Shown here: positions 59,810-64,000 of the stretch, piece by piece
Numbering within the stretch: the stretch's first letter is position 1
Layout: each line of letters opens with the position of its first letter
Assembly: GCA_025055765.1 (NCBI GenBank)
Contig: JANWWS010000028.1
Coordinates: 57,216-121,215 of the forward strand
Reading direction: 5' to 3'
DNA length: 64,000 bases
Source: Leptospiraceae bacterium
GTDB lineage: Bacteria; Spirochaetota; Leptospiria; Turneriellales; Turneriellaceae
Translations under genes and position numbers: made by a program
The notes under the pieces: model-generated
The model's input: the letters and a program-made list of their open reading frames with translations, nothing else
Database searches by the model: none
Told to the model about the DNA's origin: nothing

Positions 59810-61686
59810 TAGTAAACCCCCTCCGTTGCTCTGCTAATGCGGTTTGTCACGTAACTATATCCTAATAAAATAAAAAAGATGATCATGGAATAAGCCGAGG
59901 CATAGGCATAGAGGTCTTTTTCAAAGGCGGCACGATAAGCTTCTACAACAAGAATGTCTGTCGAATTGTTGGGCGCTCCGTTGGATACAAGATAGATGAC
60001 ATTAAACATGTTGAAAGTCCATATGGTACCCAGAATAATGGCAGGGAACATAGCTGGTTTTAAGAGAGGCAGGGTTATTTGGCGAAACTTTTGCCAACGA
60101 GTAGCCCCATCAATATCGGCAGCCTCATAAAGATCACGGGGTATGGATTGCAAAGCACCAAGGGCAATGACCATCATGAAGGGAAAGCCAAGCCAGGTAT
60201 TAGTGGCTAAGTTTGCAAAAAGAGCGGTCCAAAAAGACGAAAACCAACTCACGGGTTCAAAGCCTAAGGATTTGAGGGTCTGATTTATAATGCCAAATTC
60301 CTTGTGGAACATCCCCTTCCAAATCAAAGCCGTGATGTAATTGGGTACCGCCCAAGGTAAAATAAGTAAAGCTCTATAGACCCCCTTAAAACGCAAAGCA
60401 GGTTCTTTTAAGATTAAAGCAAGGCCTAAGCCAATACTGACATGCAAGATAATGTTTAAAAAGGTCCAAAGCACGGTAACAGCTAAGGTATAGTAAAAAG
60501 AACGGGGTTGCCAGGCAAAGTCCAGTAGTATTTTAAAGTAATTATAAAGCCCAGCAAAATAGTAGTGATTGTAGAGATTGCGAAAAAAACTTAAGCCCAC
60601 ACTGTAGGCGAAGGGTATGAAAATAATTAAAATAGTTGCCGCAACCGCGGGAAAAATGTACAGATAAGCTAATCGGTGCTTTTGCCAAGTTTCTTGCACA
60701 CGTCTCGTGAGAAAACCCCTGAGCCCAAAAATAAAGAGAATAGCTAAAAGTAAGCCAAATATGGCAACAAATCCTGCCATTTTGGCAAAAAACTTGTCAC
60801 TGTAGTTAGCCGCTATATTGCCGGAGGCAGTTAGTACCTCAAGGGGTAAATTATGCTCGTTAAAGGATATCTGCCACCACTCACGAATGAGGTTTTTTCC
60901 CTTAAGAGCCTGAGCTAAAATCTCTAGTTCCTTCATAACCTGTAGGGTAAAACGATCAGCTGCAACAAGAAGAAAAATAGCAGAAAGTAAGACAAAACCA
61001 ACACTGTAGCGAAGAACAGGTGTCCAATCAGTAAGTGCTCTTTCTCCTCTTTCGCGCTCTACCAAGAGTTCAAAAATAAGTAAGACGACAATGGCCAATA
61101 CATAGGTGTAGAAAAAAGAAGAAGGTAGTTTTAAGCGCTCACTTTTTCCTTCAAGAACCGCTACTCCTAAAAAATTACCCTCCATGGTGAGAGGATAGAC
61201 AAGTCTTAAAAAACCCTCTTTCTCTTCAATATCTACCTCTGGCATAGGCTTTTTACGATATTCGCTAACAAAATCAGGCTTATAGCGCAAAATTCGCTCA
61301 TTTGTGTAAAAATATCGCTTTACCTTTATTTGGCGATCATAGAGTTCCTTAAGTTCATAGTCATCCCGAACCATGGCCGTGTTGGGTGCCTTGTCGCGAG
61401 AGAAGACAATGTTAAAATCTCGTAAGACCACTAACCGCCGCTCTGTGTGTTCGCGGGCAAATGACTGCAATACTTTTTGCAGTTTATCCACACTGGAGGA
61501 ACTGGCAAGCCCTCTTTGACGAAAGACATTATCCTCGTACAAAACTGTGGCAGCACCACGAGCCGCAAAAACCATTTCTTGAATGAGCTTTTGCTTTTCC
61601 GCATAGTGGGCTAAAAAACCCTCCGCTAAATAAACAAGCAAAATACCCAAAACGGCAAAACCCACATGATACTTTTTCCCGTTCAT
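59809..61686 (-). CDS. sugar ABC transporter permease (MalF-like) with ~330-aa N-terminal extension
   Basis: The C-terminal ~290 aa is a canonical BPD_transp_1 permease (EAA loop DLYEAADIDGATRWQKFRQITLPLLKP). The N-terminal part adds TM helices and a soluble segment. Confidence 0.8.
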   Translation of the reverse strand: MNGKKYHVGFAVLGILLVYLAEGFLAHYAEKQKLIQEMVFAARGAATVLYEDNVFRQRGLASSSSVDKLQKVLQSFAREHTERRLVVLRDFNIVFSRDKAPNTAMVRDDYELKELYDRQIKVKRYFYTNERILRYKPDFVSEYRKKPMPEVDIEEKEGFLRLVYPLTMEGNFLGVAVLEGKSERLKLPSSFFYTYVLAIVVLLIFELLVERERGERALTDWTPVLRYSVGFVLLSAIFLLVAADRFTLQVMKELEILAQALKGKNLIREWWQISFNEHNLPLEVLTASGNIAANYSDKFFAKMAGFVAIFGLLLAILFIFGLRGFLTRRVQETWQKHRLAYLYIFPAVAATILIIFIPFAYSVGLSFFRNLYNHYYFAGLYNYFKILLDFAWQPRSFYYTLAVTVLWTFLNIILHVSIGLGLALILKEPALRFKGVYRALLILPWAVPNYITALIWKGMFHKEFGIINQTLKSLGFEPVSWFSSFWTALFANLATNTWLGFPFMMVIALGALQSIPRDLYEAADIDGATRWQKFRQITLPLLKPAMFPAIILGTIWTFNMFNVIYLVSNGAPNNSTDILVVEAYRAAFEKDLYAYASAYSMIIFFILLGYSYVTNRISRATEGVY

Positions 61687-62960
61687 TAGTACATCCCCTC
61701 CCGAATAGCTTCCTCAACCTCCTTGTTTACTTTTTGCAGGATTGTATGCGGATTCTCACCAGCATAAATTACCCGAGAAAGAGCATTGTCCATGGGAGTC
61801 CAAATTTTTTTCATGTCAGGTCGATTGGGCATGGGCACCGAATGGGTCTGCTGCTCTTTAAAGACATATAGATCGTTGCGGTTTTTTATGTCGCTTTCTG
61901 TGTACACCTCTTTTAAAGAGGGGATCTGCCCACCCCGACGAGCCAAAATGAGCTGGGATTGCTTCGTCGTAAGATAGCGCATGAAAGCAAAAGCCTCTTT
62001 TTTCTTTTTGCTATACGCGCTCATAATCACTCCTTCCACCGTTAGAAAAGGACGCGCCGGGCTAAGCTTGTTTTCCGATATCTTGGGCAAAACCGCAATG
62101 CCATAATCCAAGCCCTCCCGTATCTCTGCCTTAAACCAGGGCCCATTTATCACAAAAACAGCCCGGTTATCATTAAAGAGAGCTGTAACAAGTGTACTTG
62201 TAATCTCGTCAGGCATAATCTTGTCTTCTTGATAAAGCTTTTTGGCAAAAAGCATGGATCGTGCTGCCCCCTCTGAGTTTAGGACCACATTCCCTGACTC
62301 ATCGAAGATCTCAGCCCCAAAGCCAAAATACCAGGGCGAGTGAAAATATAGCTTGTCATTAGGATACACAAGACCATATACCCCTTTTTTGCGATCCGTA
62401 AAACGCCTAGCTAACTCCCGTAACTCATCTGTAGTCTTGGGGGGATTGAGTACAAACTTCCGATTGTAATAAAGAGCTAAAACCTTAAAATTAAGCGGTA
62501 ATCCATAAATGGAGCCCTCAAAAACAAAGCGAGAAAGACCTTCGTCACGGTAAATAAAACTCTGTAGGGTGGCCTCCAAAAAACGATCCCGAAATTCATC
62601 GGTCATGAGAAACTCCAAAGGCTCAATGAGAAGTTTTTGAGCCCAGTCGCCAATGCGGTCATGAGCAAAAATAAAAATATCAGGACCTTTACCTCGGGGG
62701 ATAGAATTGGTAAGCTTATCCGCAAAAGCATCCGTCGGTATGTAAAGTAACTTTACTTTCAGAAGGGGATCACTTTCATTGTACTTTGCTACTATCTCTT
62801 CAAGAGCTGCCCTCTCTTCCCCTCTGTAGGAATGCCATAAAACAATACGCTTTTCATCCTCCGGACTCTGACAGAAAGATAAGACCAATACCCAGCATGT
62901 AAGGAGGACAAGCTTCCACGATGACGGCAAATTGAAAAAATGTCCAACCCAATTTCTCAT
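61686..62960 (-). CDS. sugar ABC transporter substrate-binding protein (family 1, MalE-like)
   Basis: Signal/lipobox-like N-terminus (VLVLSFC) and the layout of a family-1 extracellular solute-binding protein. Adjacent to the MalFGK-like genes. Confidence 0.8.
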   Translation of the reverse strand: MRNWVGHFFNLPSSWKLVLLTCWVLVLSFCQSPEDEKRIVLWHSYRGEERAALEEIVAKYNESDPLLKVKLLYIPTDAFADKLTNSIPRGKGPDIFIFAHDRIGDWAQKLLIEPLEFLMTDEFRDRFLEATLQSFIYRDEGLSRFVFEGSIYGLPLNFKVLALYYNRKFVLNPPKTTDELRELARRFTDRKKGVYGLVYPNDKLYFHSPWYFGFGAEIFDESGNVVLNSEGAARSMLFAKKLYQEDKIMPDEITSTLVTALFNDNRAVFVINGPWFKAEIREGLDYGIAVLPKISENKLSPARPFLTVEGVIMSAYSKKKKEAFAFMRYLTTKQSQLILARRGGQIPSLKEVYTESDIKNRNDLYVFKEQQTHSVPMPNRPDMKKIWTPMDNALSRVIYAGENPHTILQKVNKEVEEAIREGMY

Positions 62961-62968
62961 AACCCTAC

Positions 62969-64000
62969 CTACAGGCGGTTTATGTTCTGCCCGGTGTCAT
63001 AATCAAAATAGTGAATGTTCTCTAAATTAACGACTAGGCGGATTTTTTCTCCCATAGAAATGCGGCTACGGGAGGAAACTACCGCCGTAAGGGGAAGATC
63101 CCCACACTGTAATTGAACATGAATTTCAGCCCCTAAGTTTTCAGCTACATCCACCACTCCCTCCACGGTATTGTCACTGGAAGCATTTGGACTAAAGAAG
63201 GCATCTTCAAAATCATGGGGCCTTATTCCCGCCCGGATTTTTTTCTTTCGATACTTACTTAAAAAGGGTACACGGCTCTCCCCAACTCTTAGCTCAATAC
63301 CTCCCGAGACAAAATAAGGGACCCCCCCACGCTCCTCAATCTCTCCTTCTAAAAGATTAATGGTGGGGGTGCCAATAAAGCCAGCTACAAAGGTATTGGC
63401 AGGATTGTAATAGACATCAAGTGGCGCTCCAATCTGCTGGATATTCACAGAATGGGGCCCCTCAAGCCGGTTTAAAACAACAATCTTGTCAGCTAAGGTC
63501 ATAGCCTCAATTTGGTCATGCGTGACATAAACCGTGGTGGTATTGAGCCTACGCGTTATTTTCTTAATTTGCACCCGCATTTCCTGACGCAGTTTTGCAT
63601 CTAAATTAGAAAGTGGTTCATCAAACAAAAACGCCGCCGGATTACGTACAATAGCCCGCCCCATGGCTACCCGTTGCCGTTGGCCACCCGAAAGTTGCCG
63701 TGGCTTCTTGTGCAAGTGCTCCGTTAACTGCAATATTTCTGCAGCATGATAAACCCTCTGCTGGATCTCCGTGCTGGGCATGCGGCGCAATTTAAGACCA
63801 AAGGCGATATTGTCAAAAATAGAAAGATGGGGGTAAAGAGCATAACTCTGAAACACAAAAGCTATGTCCCTGTCCTTAGGAGCTACCTGGTTGACTACCC
63901 TTCCCCCAATTTCAATCTCACCCGACGTTATGTCTTCAAGACCCGCTAACATACGCAGGACAGTCGACTTACCACAGCCCGAGGGACCCACAAAAACCAC
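62969..64000 (-). CDS. sugar ABC transporter ATP-binding protein (MalK/UgpC/MsmK type), N-terminus cut by window end
   Basis: Walker A GPSGCGKST lies at the very edge. Also has LSGGQRQRVAMGRA, LFDEPLSNLD and a C-terminal TOBE-like regulatory domain. Confidence 0.9.
   Translation of the reverse strand: MVFVGPSGCGKSTVLRMLAGLEDITSGEIEIGGRVVNQVAPKDRDIAFVFQSYALYPHLSIFDNIAFGLKLRRMPSTEIQQRVYHAAEILQLTEHLHKKPRQLSGGQRQRVAMGRAIVRNPAAFLFDEPLSNLDAKLRQEMRVQIKKITRRLNTTTVYVTHDQIEAMTLADKIVVLNRLEGPHSVNIQQIGAPLDVYYNPANTFVAGFIGTPTINLLEGEIEERGGVPYFVSGGIELRVGESRVPFLSKYRKKKIRAGIRPHDFEDAFFSPNASSDNTVEGVVDVAENLGAEIHVQLQCGDLPLTAVVSSRSRISMGEKIRLVVNLENIHYFDYDTGQNINRL

Overview
Densely coding 64-kb window of bacterial chromosome, about 63 CDS. 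The lineage is uncertain. OMP-like barrels, many TPR proteins and ftsQAZ suggest a diderm, and GC looks moderate by eye. I found no rRNA, tRNA, CRISPR array, IS/transposase, integrase or recognisable defence genes, so this reads as core genome rather than an accessory island.

Recognisable content, in order:
- A truncated 3-hydroxyacyl-CoA dehydrogenase (not in the ORF track; translated by hand).
- FecR-domain lipoprotein and SemiSWEET.
- A tightly packed minus-strand string: rpiB, LamG/FN3 protein, YkgJ-like Cys protein, PfkB kinase, DUF721, gyrB and a GlpT/UhpC-type transporter.
- Two TPR proteins, a cupin and a NUDIX hydrolase.
- glgA followed by a sigma/anti-sigma-like pair.
- gltB-gltD translationally coupled to an RsbW/RsbV-type partner-switching pair.
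- fabG, a three-gene operon of unknowns, and tsaC.
- A 1027-aa Pro/Glu-rich TPR membrane protein and a tandem CBM48 protein.
- A family-B DNA polymerase cassette, CnoX-like thioredoxin and YqeY.
- A redox run: Grx-like, BolA, Grx4, gshA, gshB, GST.
- ABC-2 exporter, purK-purE, nth, and ptsH-hprK-hpf.
- PerM, ftsQ-ftsA-ftsZ and comEC.
- Three secreted/OMP-like unknowns, a nitroreductase and a MalEFGK-type sugar ABC importer (ATPase truncated at the window end).

The two best candidates for something undescribed:
1. 33007-36078: a PolB whose exonuclease motifs I and II, and the first Asp of motif C, look substituted. It is tightly coupled to two small unknown ORFs, one with a RecA/SulA-like pattern.
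2. 24558-28443: a translationally coupled three-gene operon. Its first product ends in a region resembling the XPB-N-terminal/p52-type 'Helicase_C_3' domain, and its third carries a FliG_C-like segment. No helicase or flagellar gene is nearby.

All domain calls come from by-eye motif recognition and need HMM or structure confirmation.
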